Below, piece after piece: positions 17,018 to 27,269 of a DNA stretch of 64,000 nucleotides; the first letter of the stretch is position 1, and the number at the start of each line of letters is the position of its first letter. The DNA is from a virus. Taxonomy: Duplodnaviria; Caudoviricetes. The DNA lies in the IMG/VR virus record IMGVR_UViG_3300028886_000084, positions 7,715 through 71,714 of that record; one strand, written 5' to 3'. A program made the position numbers and the translations under genes. Under the pieces are notes generated by a model. It had not been told where the DNA came from. It made no database searches and worked only from the letters and a program-made list of their open reading frames with translations.

Positions 17018-18295
17018 TCACATATCCGCAAGTGTCACGTTTTCTGCTGCAAATGGATTGTTTGTTATGCCGGTGTATGCCACACTGCCTGCTGACCCTG
17101 AACAATTACCTGTGACATTCCCTGTAAGATTGCCTGTTACAGGACCTGTGAGAGGCCCGTTGAATCCCGCTGGTGCTGAAATCACACCTGTGCTGGGGGC
17201 GATTGTCGGTACGGCTCCAGAAGGTTTGGCGAAGTTCACATAATTGGCGGCAACATCAGACACACCATAATTATACTTGAGAAGAATAGGGTATTCGCCA
17301 GCATCTGTGATACCTTTCTGCTGAACCTTGGCATCGGTGTTATCACTTGCGGGCAATGTGAACTGAATGTCCCCGGATGCGGTGAGGCGTCCCTGTGCAT
17401 CCACTGTATACTTGGGCACCTTGAATGTTTCGCTGTATGCCAACGTCGTTGCGGAGGTCTGTGTGGGGCCGAAACTGCCGGCAGAAACGGTCGTGTTCGC
17501 GAGACTTATCGTCCCTGATGAAGTGATTGGCCCTGCGTTAGTTTGATCGGTAGTAAGCCCTGTGCCTGCAGCTACAGACGTGACTGTACCTGACGGTTCA
17601 TCACCTGACGGGATCAGAACCCACCCATATGCGTTGCTTCCCGTATTGGCGCTTATGAATGTATCTCCCACCTTTGCGGCCTGGGATGCATATGTACCTG
17701 CCGTGATGACCTTGTAGACCCACCCTTCATTAGATGATGATGCGGTCGGGAGTGCGGTTATCGTTCCTCCTGTTCCCAGTGAACCCTTGAAGACCATTGG
17801 TTCAGGGAGTTCGTCAATCGCCTTCCATACCGTATGGCTTGACGGTATCTTGGACGCATCATTTGAAAGCGAATCTCCCGTTTCTATCGTCATCCCGAGT
17901 GCACTGGTAATGTTGGTCGCAGATATGCTGATGGTCCCGCTGGAAAGAGTGATATTCGACCCGATCTGTACGACTCCTAGAGCAGAATCGGTTGCTTTGG
18001 GGATTATTGCATATTTGTCAGTAACTGTGACTGCGGTTGCAGAGGAGGATCCGAGTTTTACTCCATCGACCTTCCCCGCTTCACCGTATTCGAGCCCATT
18101 GCCTGCCGAATTCACAACAATGGCCTTGCCGGCTTCCGCAGAGGTGGGGGCGGTCGGCAGGGGAGTTGGGACACGTGTCGTAAGTGTGGGATACAATACG
18201 ACATCGTTGGATTCAGTACCTTGTTCACCTGCACCATTCGTGCCATTTTTTTGCTTGATCTTTCCGTGTACGTTCAGGTTCGAGTATTGCTCCAT
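17018..18295 (-). CDS. tail fibre protein
   Basis: GKAIVVNSAGNGLEY, ATDSALGVVQIG, GTVTSVAAG, GNLTGNVTGN repeats. Confidence 0.85.
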   Translation of the reverse strand: MEQYSNLNVHGKIKQKNGTNGAGEQGTESNDVVLYPTLTTRVPTPLPTAPTSAEAGKAIVVNSAGNGLEYGEAGKVDGVKLGSSSATAVTVTDKYAIIPKATDSALGVVQIGSNITLSSGTISISATNITSALGMTIETGDSLSNDASKIPSSHTVWKAIDELPEPMVFKGSLGTGGTITALPTASSSNEGWVYKVITAGTYASQAAKVGDTFISANTGSNAYGWVLIPSGDEPSGTVTSVAAGTGLTTDQTNAGPITSSGTISLANTTVSAGSFGPTQTSATTLAYSETFKVPKYTVDAQGRLTASGDIQFTLPASDNTDAKVQQKGITDAGEYPILLKYNYGVSDVAANYVNFAKPSGAVPTIAPSTGVISAPAGFNGPLTGPVTGNLTGNVTGNCSGSAGSVAYTGITNNPFAAENVTLADM

Positions 18296-18305
18296 GTTAT
18301 CACCT

Positions 18306-18644
18306 TTATATCAGAGACCTCACGAGCAGCTCAAGATCCTGAGCATCGGGTGCGGTCGGGAGTTCGATGAATGTTATTGTGATGGTCGTGTTGGTGACCA
18401 TTATGTCGGCCTCGATCTTCTCGAGGGATTCGGGATCGGTATGGTGTATCACATACAAGGACACAGCGGACGGCGCATTCTGCAGCCCGTGTGCGATGAC
18501 CAATGTCTTTGCCGTTCCAGGTTTTGCCCTTATATCGACCTTCTTAGGATATGCCGTGTCGATCCTGTAGCCGAGGGCGTCCCTTACCGCCGATTCCACC
18601 TGTATCTTATTGTCGCCATGAGTTATGTATTCGTAATCAGTCAT
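18306..18644 (-). CDS. tail-associated protein
   Basis: QVESAVRDALG motif; IAHGL..P.V.LY. Confidence 0.7.
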   Translation of the reverse strand: MTDYEYITHGDNKIQVESAVRDALGYRIDTAYPKKVDIRAKPGTAKTLVIAHGLQNAPSAVSLYVIHHTDPESLEKIEADIMVTNTTITITFIELPTAPDAQDLELLVRSLI

Positions 18645-19827
18645 TCTCAACACTCCATGTTGCTGTTGGTACATCCAATTCATTCACAGACACTGTTACA
18701 GATGTCAGCCCGGTGGCTGTGAATACCTGTGCGGACGTGAATGTTATGCTTGATCCGTCCTTCGTGCCCTCTATCCCGCCGAGTGTGACACTTTCGATCC
18801 CTGAGAGAAGCGACCACTTCTCGGGGTTCTCATCAGGCTGATAACCAAGATTATCATCTGACAGTGAAGTGTACATCTCTCCGTTGTAGACGACCACTGA
18901 ACCCGCACCGTAAGTGAAATCCTCGATCCACTCCCATGTATCGTTGCGGTACATGACATATGGTGTGTAGGCACTCTCGACGGATTCCATCGCATTGATG
19001 GCGCGTGTGATCTCCAGCACGATGGCGTTACGCGAGTTGATGATCGTATCCCCATGCCTGGTGACCAGCTGGAACGGGAGCTTCTTGGTCTCCTTGGCAG
19101 CCATCAATATCGCCTGAGGGATGATGGCGCACCACGTGTTGTTGATCTGTTCAAGCACTACGAACGGTTTCACCACGACATCCTCACCGACTCTGATCGG
19201 TGCGGCGAAATCAAGTCTGGCACTGAAGTCGACACCGGTCGGCACGATACCCGATACATTGATCCTTACACTGCGGGTGTCAATGGTCGCACCGCCGTAC
19301 ATGTCCCTTGATGGTGTCGTGAGTGTTCTGGTGGCCGGGTCGTACGTCGCTTCGATGACATATACGTCTTCTTCGGTGTAAGTGATCTCTTCCGGCAGCG
19401 GCCACTCCGGTGCCTCATATTCGGGGAGATCGCTTCCCGGGATCAACGAATCGATACCGGGCGTGATGTCAAGTGTGATGGCGTTGCGGGAGTTGATGAC
19501 CTGGCTGTCGTTGGCGAGGACGAGCTGGAACGGCAGCTTTTTGGTATCCTTCGCGGCCATGAGCACTGCGTTGGGGATCACGGCTGACCATGTATCATTA
19601 TCTTGTTCAAGAAGTATGAAGGGGTGTTCGATTGTATAATCGTCCTTTTTGACAGGTACTGCGAAATCCACCCTTGCAATGAAATTCGTGCCCTCGGGTA
19701 CTATGCCCGAGAATTCGATCGATACAGAATTGACATCGGTGGTCGCACCACCATAGTTATCTCTGCCGGTGAGTGACATGCGCCTGGTGGTAGGGTCGTA
19801 TGTCACCTGGATGGTGTGCATGACCAT
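18637..19827 (-). CDS. baseplate upper (BppU-like) protein with tandem duplicated domain and CBM5/12-like module
   Basis: Two copies of about 125 aa (YDPxTR...KKLPFQLV...INSRNAI); WIEDFTYGAGSVVVYNGEMY...W carbohydrate-binding-like motif. Confidence 0.65.
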   Translation of the reverse strand: MVMHTIQVTYDPTTRRMSLTGRDNYGGATTDVNSVSIEFSGIVPEGTNFIARVDFAVPVKKDDYTIEHPFILLEQDNDTWSAVIPNAVLMAAKDTKKLPFQLVLANDSQVINSRNAITLDITPGIDSLIPGSDLPEYEAPEWPLPEEITYTEEDVYVIEATYDPATRTLTTPSRDMYGGATIDTRSVRINVSGIVPTGVDFSARLDFAAPIRVGEDVVVKPFVVLEQINNTWCAIIPQAILMAAKETKKLPFQLVTRHGDTIINSRNAIVLEITRAINAMESVESAYTPYVMYRNDTWEWIEDFTYGAGSVVVYNGEMYTSLSDDNLGYQPDENPEKWSLLSGIESVTLGGIEGTKDGSSITFTSAQVFTATGLTSVTVSVNELDVPTATWSVEND

Positions 19828-19867
19828 TGCTATCACATGGTATAATGCGGTCTATGTTTTTAAAGCA

Positions 19868-22381
19868 TCACTGATTGTTGATCGAATTAGCTATCTCGGA
19901 CGAATTCTGAGATACATCAGTCGGTTTCATTATACCAAACCAGTATTCCGTAGTACCTTCTGGAAAATTATGCTCATACGTGGACATGCACAATTTATTC
20001 GGCATTTTTTGACGTACGTCTGTGATATTGAAATGCACTTTAGATCCGCGTTCGATTTCTACACTAATGAGGGAGGATCTAATGAAATTGATGTTCACAT
20101 AACAAGGTTTCGTGATCAAAATATCGATCGTCTCCGGACCGGAAAAGGTTCCGCCACTCCATGAGATAGTATAGTTCTTTCTGATCTCGTATGTCATTTC
20201 CGATGTTATATCTGTATTATTCTCTGAATAGATTTTGAACTCCATGCCAGTTACATGACTTTCTCCATCCGTGATCAGATCGCCCAATATTCCGGCTTCA
20301 GAATATATAGCTCCGGCGAGGACGGACTTATATCCAGAATCCAGTCTGAACCATGTATTTTTAGGGATGTTGATGGTTATCTCATCATCGAAATTGGACG
20401 ATGTCACTTTATGAAGGGTCGTGGTGCATGCAAAATTTGAGAAGTTCGATAGAACAAGGTCCTTGGAATAATCAAAGATGGCATCGGTCTGTATATATGC
20501 GGGGAAGAATTTTTGCCATTTTTGTATTATCTTGTTATTATCATCTTTGTCAGAATATATCTCTTTTATTTTGAAACCGACAGATTGTTCACTGTCACAA
20601 AGATCGTTTGCAACTTTGATGGCGATGTCATTCGCATCGGTGACGCCGATCTCCTGGATCTTGTACACCACTTCTCTGATGCCATATTTGGCTTGAGATC
20701 TGGCGATTGCACCATATGGTGCGAGTATTGGTTCATACCTGTAGTTATTTGTGCCCGGTATCTGTGCGCGATCCACGCCTGTGCTTGTAATCCCTAAGGC
20801 GTAACCTCCTCTATTCAATTCAGTGGTGTCCTTTCCTGTTTCACCGACCGTAACATAACGGGAGTCCTTATCGGCAGAGAATTGTATCCTTACAGAATTA
20901 TGGATGGTCTCGGCACCTTCATCGCCTAAGATCGTTTCTCCGCAGATTGATTTTGAGAATTTCATTTCTTCAGCTGTTGCGGATAATGGGTACGGTGCAG
21001 ACAGATTAAGGTACAATTTTGATATGAAACAATTATATCCATTCATATTTGTGGTCAGCCCGTATGTAGTCGGACTTGCCAGCATTTCCTTTGTGATGGA
21101 TGTGTCGATGATATATGCGCACTTATCGGCGAACCATATCTTGCAATTAAGTTTAAGGGCACATACGGAAAGTACATACCATGAGGATGAATTGTTATTG
21201 AAATTGCATTCAAAATCATCCGCCCATTTATTGTTGGATGTGAAAAATGCATATTTGATCGTGTTGTCTTTGAAATAAATCGGGTGTATGTCATCTCCGA
21301 ATCCCGGTTTATGTTCAGTGAATAATATTGTGCGGATCACATCGAATGGTTTGGTCGTGGATTCTTTTCCGAAATATATGGACGTGCCGATCGGGACGGA
21401 ACGGTAGACCTCATAGATACTGTATGCTATGATCTTGTATGATGTTGTCGTCGATGAACATTTTGTAACAATGAATTCACCATTGCCCATCGCGTCGATG
21501 TATATCCTGTTGCGCCCAGCAATGATGTCATTGTATAGGTTCGGCGCCACGATGTTCAATCTTTTTTTAGAGATCTCCATCACTAGATATTCGAATGGCT
21601 GTTCCGGACCGCCTTTAAGAGTGTATTTGGACACGCAATTCAATTTTATTTCCTGATTTCCTTCGACTTTTTTCTGGTACAGGATATATGTCGCAAATCC
21701 ATCAGACGAAGACATCTGAATCGTCATATCTGTCAGGTTTATCGGATCGTTGTATGTTGAAACATATGCTCCCATATCCTGGGGGCGTATGGAATTCCCT
21801 GTGAGGTCACCGACCTGTGCCTCTACCGAACCGGTTATGGTCTCGATTGAGTTGACACTTACATTGTATGAAAGATTACGTAAAAACACGTTTACTGCAA
21901 ATCCATGCTGGAGTGTTGGATCCAATGGTACATATCTAAGGATACAGCCATTATATTCTGCCTGCCAACAATTGATGAATTTTGTAAATTCGGTTATCCA
22001 TTTTCTGTTACTCCATACCCTGTCATCATCGTCGTTGTTATCATCAGGAAGGGGTGTGGCGACCGGCGTGTTGTTCACCATTTTATAGTATGTTCCAACA
22101 GGATTCTTTCTGATGAAATTGAATGATATCTGTTCATTGGATTGTATGTCAAATGCGAACGCATTTTCAGCGTCATATGTCACGATCGGGGTGACCGAAA
22201 CAGATGCAGATATGTTATCTGAGATATTCTCTGTTGTAGTAGAGAATGTTCTGGATGTTATATCGTTATTGGCTACGATATCATTTTTAAAAACAGTCAT
22301 GTGGATGGTCGTACTGACGTTGTCCTCGTCCACTCTTGTAAATGTGATTGTTGATCCCGTATTCTCTTCACTCGCAGTCAT
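19868..22381 (-). CDS. tail/baseplate hub protein (Tal-like)
   Basis: Large gene two genes after the tape measure; GGTGA SD before ATG at 22381; NSVRIQF...YGIREVVY. Confidence 0.6.
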   Translation of the reverse strand: MTASEENTGSTITFTRVDEDNVSTTIHMTVFKNDIVANNDITSRTFSTTTENISDNISASVSVTPIVTYDAENAFAFDIQSNEQISFNFIRKNPVGTYYKMVNNTPVATPLPDDNNDDDDRVWSNRKWITEFTKFINCWQAEYNGCILRYVPLDPTLQHGFAVNVFLRNLSYNVSVNSIETITGSVEAQVGDLTGNSIRPQDMGAYVSTYNDPINLTDMTIQMSSSDGFATYILYQKKVEGNQEIKLNCVSKYTLKGGPEQPFEYLVMEISKKRLNIVAPNLYNDIIAGRNRIYIDAMGNGEFIVTKCSSTTTSYKIIAYSIYEVYRSVPIGTSIYFGKESTTKPFDVIRTILFTEHKPGFGDDIHPIYFKDNTIKYAFFTSNNKWADDFECNFNNNSSSWYVLSVCALKLNCKIWFADKCAYIIDTSITKEMLASPTTYGLTTNMNGYNCFISKLYLNLSAPYPLSATAEEMKFSKSICGETILGDEGAETIHNSVRIQFSADKDSRYVTVGETGKDTTELNRGGYALGITSTGVDRAQIPGTNNYRYEPILAPYGAIARSQAKYGIREVVYKIQEIGVTDANDIAIKVANDLCDSEQSVGFKIKEIYSDKDDNNKIIQKWQKFFPAYIQTDAIFDYSKDLVLSNFSNFACTTTLHKVTSSNFDDEITINIPKNTWFRLDSGYKSVLAGAIYSEAGILGDLITDGESHVTGMEFKIYSENNTDITSEMTYEIRKNYTISWSGGTFSGPETIDILITKPCYVNINFIRSSLISVEIERGSKVHFNITDVRQKMPNKLCMSTYEHNFPEGTTEYWFGIMKPTDVSQNSSEIANSINNQ

Positions 22382-22385
22382 GAGA

Positions 22386-25300
22386 TCACCCGATCGTTCC
22401 ATTTTGGACGGTGACAAAGATCACACCATCTCCGCCTCTTCCGCCGTTAACAGTATTCCTGGAAGAATATATACCGATTTGTGATGCTCCGCCTCCGCCC
22501 CCGGATCCGAGAGAACCATTGATCGATTCGCCATCACGGACGGATGCTCCGCATCCTCCTTTTGCGGTCCCTGTCTTGTTCGGGATTATGATGGCCCCTC
22601 CGCCACCTCCGCCGCCTCCGACGTAATTATTCATGGTGATATCTCCATTTATATTCCTCAATCCGCCTGATCCCATATTGAACTGTCCGGTTGGAGCAGT
22701 ACCGCTCTGGCCATCATATGCGCTAAATGTTTCGCACTGTCCTCCGTTTCCTCCTTTATAACTGTTGTTACCCGGTGTTACACTCCACGTGCCTGGGTTG
22801 TCCCATCTTGCCGCTGCAGGTCCTCCTGCGCCGCCGTTCACTGTATTTGTGGCACCATTGACTGTGATGGATGTATTGCCTCCGGAGTGACCGTCTTCTC
22901 CAGCTGTATTATATCCGATACGAGTCTCTCCTCCGGATCCGCCGCTGCCTATGCTATAAGTGACTGTTATAGCACCGGTCGGCGCAACAGTATATGTGTA
23001 TGACCCGTACTCTCCAGATGCTCCCCCTGCGCCGCCACTGCCTCTGAAGCGATCTTTATCTGTAGCATAATATGTATAATCCATTGCACCGCCACCGCCG
23101 CCTCCTCCGCCACCTATCAGGTATGCCGTGATGACCATGTCGTTCGAACCAGATGGTGTGATTGTAAACGAACCGCCCCCTGCGATGGTTATGAGTTTTT
23201 GACCCGCTGAATCGATCGTTGCCAGGTCTGCATAGATGGTCGTGGTCCCGTCTGGATTCGGTCTAAAATATGAACCGGCGAGCAGCGTGGTTTTTACATT
23301 ATTCTTATAATAATACAGACTGGCAGCGTAGATGTAATTGTCTCCTGACTGGATCGGTGTCCAGATATAGGGGATCGAAGGGGCCACGGCGTCGGTATAT
23401 TTTGGATATTGCAGATAGATGTTTCTTTCAGGTCTTGAATTTGATTCGTCCCACTTCATCGTTACCTGGATCATGGTCGCAGGTGTTTGTTTCGGGTATA
23501 ATGTACCCATTGTCAGATTGATGGTACCTTTGATCATGTAGGGGTGCCCAGCCAGATATTGTACGGGGGCACTTGTGATATAACAATTCTCCCCATTGAT
23601 CTCTTCGATATAATCGGCCGCAGGATCATTATCATTAAACCCATTCGCGAGCCTGGGGTTGTTCGGGCGTTTTAGATAGAAAAGATTTCCATTGGTCCTC
23701 ATCTGCCAACGGTCTGTGAATTCCTTGAGTTTGGAGATCCAGGTGGCATTATCCCACTGAACACTATTCGCCACAGTGTTATCTGGGGATTGAGGGGATG
23801 TTCTGATATAAGATAGGGATATTGTTTTAGATACACCAAGGTCCATACAGTATGATCCGGTATATCCGTGGCAGACGATGGGGATCGTGGTCAGACGGGA
23901 GTTGTATGTTGTATTGACTGATTGTATATCTCCGAAATTCAAAGACCCAAGTCCGGATGCGACAATTATTGCACGAAGACGATCATCATTTGTTGGAACC
24001 CATACTGGCAGTACGAGTGCTTGACGGACATTGTCTATGGTGGACCTGTTCAGTGTCACCTCATATTCTGTATCGCTTGTCCCTTTCAAAAACTTATAGT
24101 AAGGGGATATCATCTCCCAGTTGAGAACACTATTGAATCCAGAGGGGGGTTCGATCTTGTTATTACCAGTAGTAGGTTCTGTTGGCAGATTTTTGATGGA
24201 TATCTCTATCTCAGTACAATCATTGTATGCTAAAGCCCACACGTATACCTTGTTGCCGTCATATGTTTCCATTAAAAATGCACTACTGTAATCCGTATAA
24301 GCAGATGGGATGGATAATGTATCGATGATTTGTCCATTCCCATCTTTACTCTTACATTTTTTGATCTTGATCATGGGTGCGCTATTTTCTTTAAATGTGC
24401 CGCCGCCTGCTTCGAAAGATAATACAAAAGCTGCTTCATCGACCAGTTCCCATTTCAATGCAATATAGTCGAATACATTCAATCTCCCTTTGTCATCCAG
24501 CCTGTATGTCGTTACAGGATACCCTGTATATTGTGCTGTATATGTCTGGTTCTTGTCTGCGGCATAAGGGGTGGGATTCCACCCGCTGAAAAGATAATAA
24601 TATTCTTCAGTCGCGGGTTTATACGGGGTAGTGCCAGTATATTCTGGTACTGTGTTGGGGCTCACATTTGAATCTATCAATAATGTGGTGTCATCATAAT
24701 TTTTCCATGTGATCGTATATTTTATCGGTTGGAACTGTGCATAGAGTGTCTGGTCAGCACCTGCGTTAAAAACTGTTGTCGATACTATTCTATTTCCGCC
24801 TGTAGCTGCCGTGAACCACCCGCTGAACGTGTAATACTGTTTGGTCGCTGTCGGCAATGCCCCGTATTGCTGACCTAATATGACGGTCTTTGTGCTGCTC
24901 CCTGACAGTGTTCCGCCATTTGTCGTAGCATCGAATGTTATCGTATATGTTCTGGATACAACATCGGCGCTAACGGTCGTATCTGCAATTATATTTGTCA
25001 GTACATACGGGTTATCTGTTGTTGTCCAATCTTCTCCACCATGTTCACTCAGAGAAAATTTATCAAATTGATAATGGGATGTGTCTGTTACAACGAACTG
25101 GATTGTGCGATTTTGCCCTACCACAACGGGAATTACTGTATTTACACCTCCAGAGAATGTAACTCTTGTCCCGTCGATGTAATAATCACCAACTTCGCTC
25201 ATGTTGATGATGGTTAAATTCACAATTGGTTTAGCAGTCCATTGTGCATATAGCATTGTCGATCCAGATACGACGTATGAGTCCCCCGCGCCTCCCACTC

Positions 25301-25775
25301 TTGTTCCGCCAGTGTAACTGGTATACCAGCCATTGAAGGTATAACTCGGATCTGATATGGAAGGAAGCTGTATCTGTGTTCCTGACAGGACAGTATCGGA
25401 TTGCGGGGTCGTTCCGTGATCCGATTGATATGATACTGTAAAATAGATCGGTTCCGGGGAATATGTCACGCTTACCGTGACCGTGCTATCTAACGTTTGA
25501 TTTCCGATTGTGCCTCTCACAATAAAAGAATATGTCCCTGCCACAGTGGGATGCCCGTTAAGTTTGAATTGTGCATAGAACCAATATCCGTGGGATCCCT
25601 GTCTGCCGCCAGCACTGACGTCCTGGAAAGTCATACCAGTGGGAATTGTTCCGGAAACAAGTACACAGCTTCCCGTCGTACTCGATGATAAACCTGTAGC
25701 GGTTTTTACAGAATGTGTGGATAGATCTTCATCGCCGACATAAATGGAGATATCTATGGTGGGATAATCAGCCAT
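22386..25775 (-). CDS. distal-tail/adhesin-like protein with Ig domain, InlB-B repeats and Gly-rich C-terminus
   Basis: Three Y/FT(V/I)..F(N/S)GW repeats; GHPTVAGTYSF Ig-like motif; LIGGGGGGGGG Gly-rich domain. Confidence 0.7.
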   Translation of the reverse strand: MADYPTIDISIYVGDEDLSTHSVKTATGLSSSTTGSCVLVSGTIPTGMTFQDVSAGGRQGSHGYWFYAQFKLNGHPTVAGTYSFIVRGTIGNQTLDSTVTVSVTYSPEPIYFTVSYQSDHGTTPQSDTVLSGTQIQLPSISDPSYTFNGWYTSYTGGTRVGGAGDSYVVSGSTMLYAQWTAKPIVNLTIINMSEVGDYYIDGTRVTFSGGVNTVIPVVVGQNRTIQFVVTDTSHYQFDKFSLSEHGGEDWTTTDNPYVLTNIIADTTVSADVVSRTYTITFDATTNGGTLSGSSTKTVILGQQYGALPTATKQYYTFSGWFTAATGGNRIVSTTVFNAGADQTLYAQFQPIKYTITWKNYDDTTLLIDSNVSPNTVPEYTGTTPYKPATEEYYYLFSGWNPTPYAADKNQTYTAQYTGYPVTTYRLDDKGRLNVFDYIALKWELVDEAAFVLSFEAGGGTFKENSAPMIKIKKCKSKDGNGQIIDTLSIPSAYTDYSSAFLMETYDGNKVYVWALAYNDCTEIEISIKNLPTEPTTGNNKIEPPSGFNSVLNWEMISPYYKFLKGTSDTEYEVTLNRSTIDNVRQALVLPVWVPTNDDRLRAIIVASGLGSLNFGDIQSVNTTYNSRLTTIPIVCHGYTGSYCMDLGVSKTISLSYIRTSPQSPDNTVANSVQWDNATWISKLKEFTDRWQMRTNGNLFYLKRPNNPRLANGFNDNDPAADYIEEINGENCYITSAPVQYLAGHPYMIKGTINLTMGTLYPKQTPATMIQVTMKWDESNSRPERNIYLQYPKYTDAVAPSIPYIWTPIQSGDNYIYAASLYYYKNNVKTTLLAGSYFRPNPDGTTTIYADLATIDSAGQKLITIAGGGSFTITPSGSNDMVITAYLIGGGGGGGGGAMDYTYYATDKDRFRGSGGAGGASGEYGSYTYTVAPTGAITVTYSIGSGGSGGETRIGYNTAGEDGHSGGNTSITVNGATNTVNGGAGGPAAARWDNPGTWSVTPGNNSYKGGNGGQCETFSAYDGQSGTAPTGQFNMGSGGLRNINGDITMNNYVGGGGGGGGAIIIPNKTGTAKGGCGASVRDGESINGSLGSGGGGGASQIGIYSSRNTVNGGRGGDGVIFVTVQNGTIG

Positions 25776-26980
25776 CAGAACCCGCTCCTGAGTCTTGACT
25801 GACTGACCTGTTCGTTGACGGTGCTTCTGATCTTATCTGTCAGCTCGCTGTCTGTATATCCTGTGATATTGAAATAATTGTTTATGACCTGTGCGTCCTT
25901 AGTCTTATCTGCAGTCTGTTTTGGTCTTGCAGAAGCTACATCCACCATTCTGTCGGATATGCCGTCCATCATGCTCTGCAATCTGCTTTCGGGGAGGATG
26001 AATTCGCCTTCTCCGCCTTCGGCAACGGTGACCCGACGTCCTCCTTCCGTAGCACCGACATATGATCCTGCTGCAGACATCTTGGACGTTGCATCATATA
26101 CGCCGGTGGACGCGACGACGCCATGTCCGACACCTTCAGCTACGCCGAATCCTGCAAGACCGCCGATAATTGCACCGGCTGGCCCAAATGCAGCTCCCAT
26201 CGTTGCAGTGATCTGTGCAGCTTGCAGTGACAAAGATAATATCTTGAATTCGATGAAGGCATTGATGAGGTTGCCTAGGTTCTCCATGACCCATGATAAT
26301 AGTTTGGCAACGAATTCCACCAGGTCTCCCAGATGATTTTCGATGAAATCCCCGAGACCGACCAAGACCTTGCCAATAGATCCAGCGATGCCTGATTGTT
26401 TCGCAAGTTCTTCACCCAGATTCTTGAAATATTTTCCGAATATCTCTGCGCCTGTCTTTATCATCTCGTTGAGCATGTGGCCTAGGTCCATGCCTTCGAT
26501 CTTGTCCCACATGGCCATCACGTCATCGACAAGTTCCATGATCGCAGGAAGCATGACCGTGGCCAGCTTATTACCGAGAGGCATGAAGAACAGCTGAACA
26601 GCAAGATTGAACAGGGATTCAACGGATTGCAGAAGAGGGGACGCCTGTTTGATACGGGAGTGGATGTCTTCGATGATACCTATGCCCGTCTTCATTATCT
26701 TCATCAGGTCATCAGAAATCTTATCTGAAGCGCCAGAAGCTTTGCCAAGAAGTTGAGTTCCGGCAGCAATATTGCGGTCGTTACCTGTATATATCCCGCG
26801 GAACATGTTGCTCATGGTGTTCGTGAGATCCAACATCCGTTCCATCTGAGTACGTGTGCGCACCTCATCGTCGGATTTGTTGTATCTCGCTTCACCAAGG
26901 GCGTCTCCGGTCTGTTGTTTAAGTCTCTCTGCATTAACCAGATTCAGTTCCACATCGACCTTGACTGCCCTGTCCGCCAT
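25775..26980 (-). CDS. tape measure protein (short, 401 aa)
   Basis: Amphipathic helical repeats, C-terminal VAEGGEGEFILPES motif, position after chaperones. Confidence 0.75.
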   Translation of the reverse strand: MADRAVKVDVELNLVNAERLKQQTGDALGEARYNKSDDEVRTRTQMERMLDLTNTMSNMFRGIYTGNDRNIAAGTQLLGKASGASDKISDDLMKIMKTGIGIIEDIHSRIKQASPLLQSVESLFNLAVQLFFMPLGNKLATVMLPAIMELVDDVMAMWDKIEGMDLGHMLNEMIKTGAEIFGKYFKNLGEELAKQSGIAGSIGKVLVGLGDFIENHLGDLVEFVAKLLSWVMENLGNLINAFIEFKILSLSLQAAQITATMGAAFGPAGAIIGGLAGFGVAEGVGHGVVASTGVYDATSKMSAAGSYVGATEGGRRVTVAEGGEGEFILPESRLQSMMDGISDRMVDVASARPKQTADKTKDAQVINNYFNITGYTDSELTDKIRSTVNEQVSQSRLRSGF

Positions 26981-26984
26981 GTCC

Positions 26985-27269
26985 TCACTCCTTTGTTTCG
27001 AATAATCTTGCTACCTTGGACATCTCCGCTTCATACATGAGGTATATCAGTTGGATGTCGTCCTGTCTCATCTCGCCCCATCTCTTCGGGTCTCCGCCGT
27101 GCATCAGATATGCTCCGTATGCGGCAATGGCGGCCTCCTCCTTAGAGAGGCTGTCGCCATGGATCAGATGCTCAGCGAAGATCCTTATGCCGAACTCCCG
27201 TTCTCCGCTGCCGGTGAGTCGGCTGAAGGGGACTGTTCTCCGCGATCGATCTTCTCTACCACGGCACAC
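26985..27269 (-). CDS. tail assembly chaperone GT-like extension (-1 frame)
   Basis: Overlaps the upstream chaperone in the -1 frame, has no suitable ATG, precedes the tape measure. Confidence 0.6.
   Translation of the reverse strand: MCRGREDRSRRTVPFSRLTGSGEREFGIRIFAEHLIHGDSLSKEEAAIAAYGAYLMHGGDPKRWGEMRQDDIQLIYLMYEAEMSKVARLFETKE

Noticed and set aside
15815-17830. Duplicated fibre block as a DGR template/variable repeat pair
   Set aside because: Differences are mostly synonymous and involve all bases rather than adenines only; both copies are coding; no reverse transcriptase is in the window.
17787-18722. 311-aa plus-strand ORF in the fibre region
   Set aside because: It is the antisense frame of Thr/Gly-rich fibre genes.
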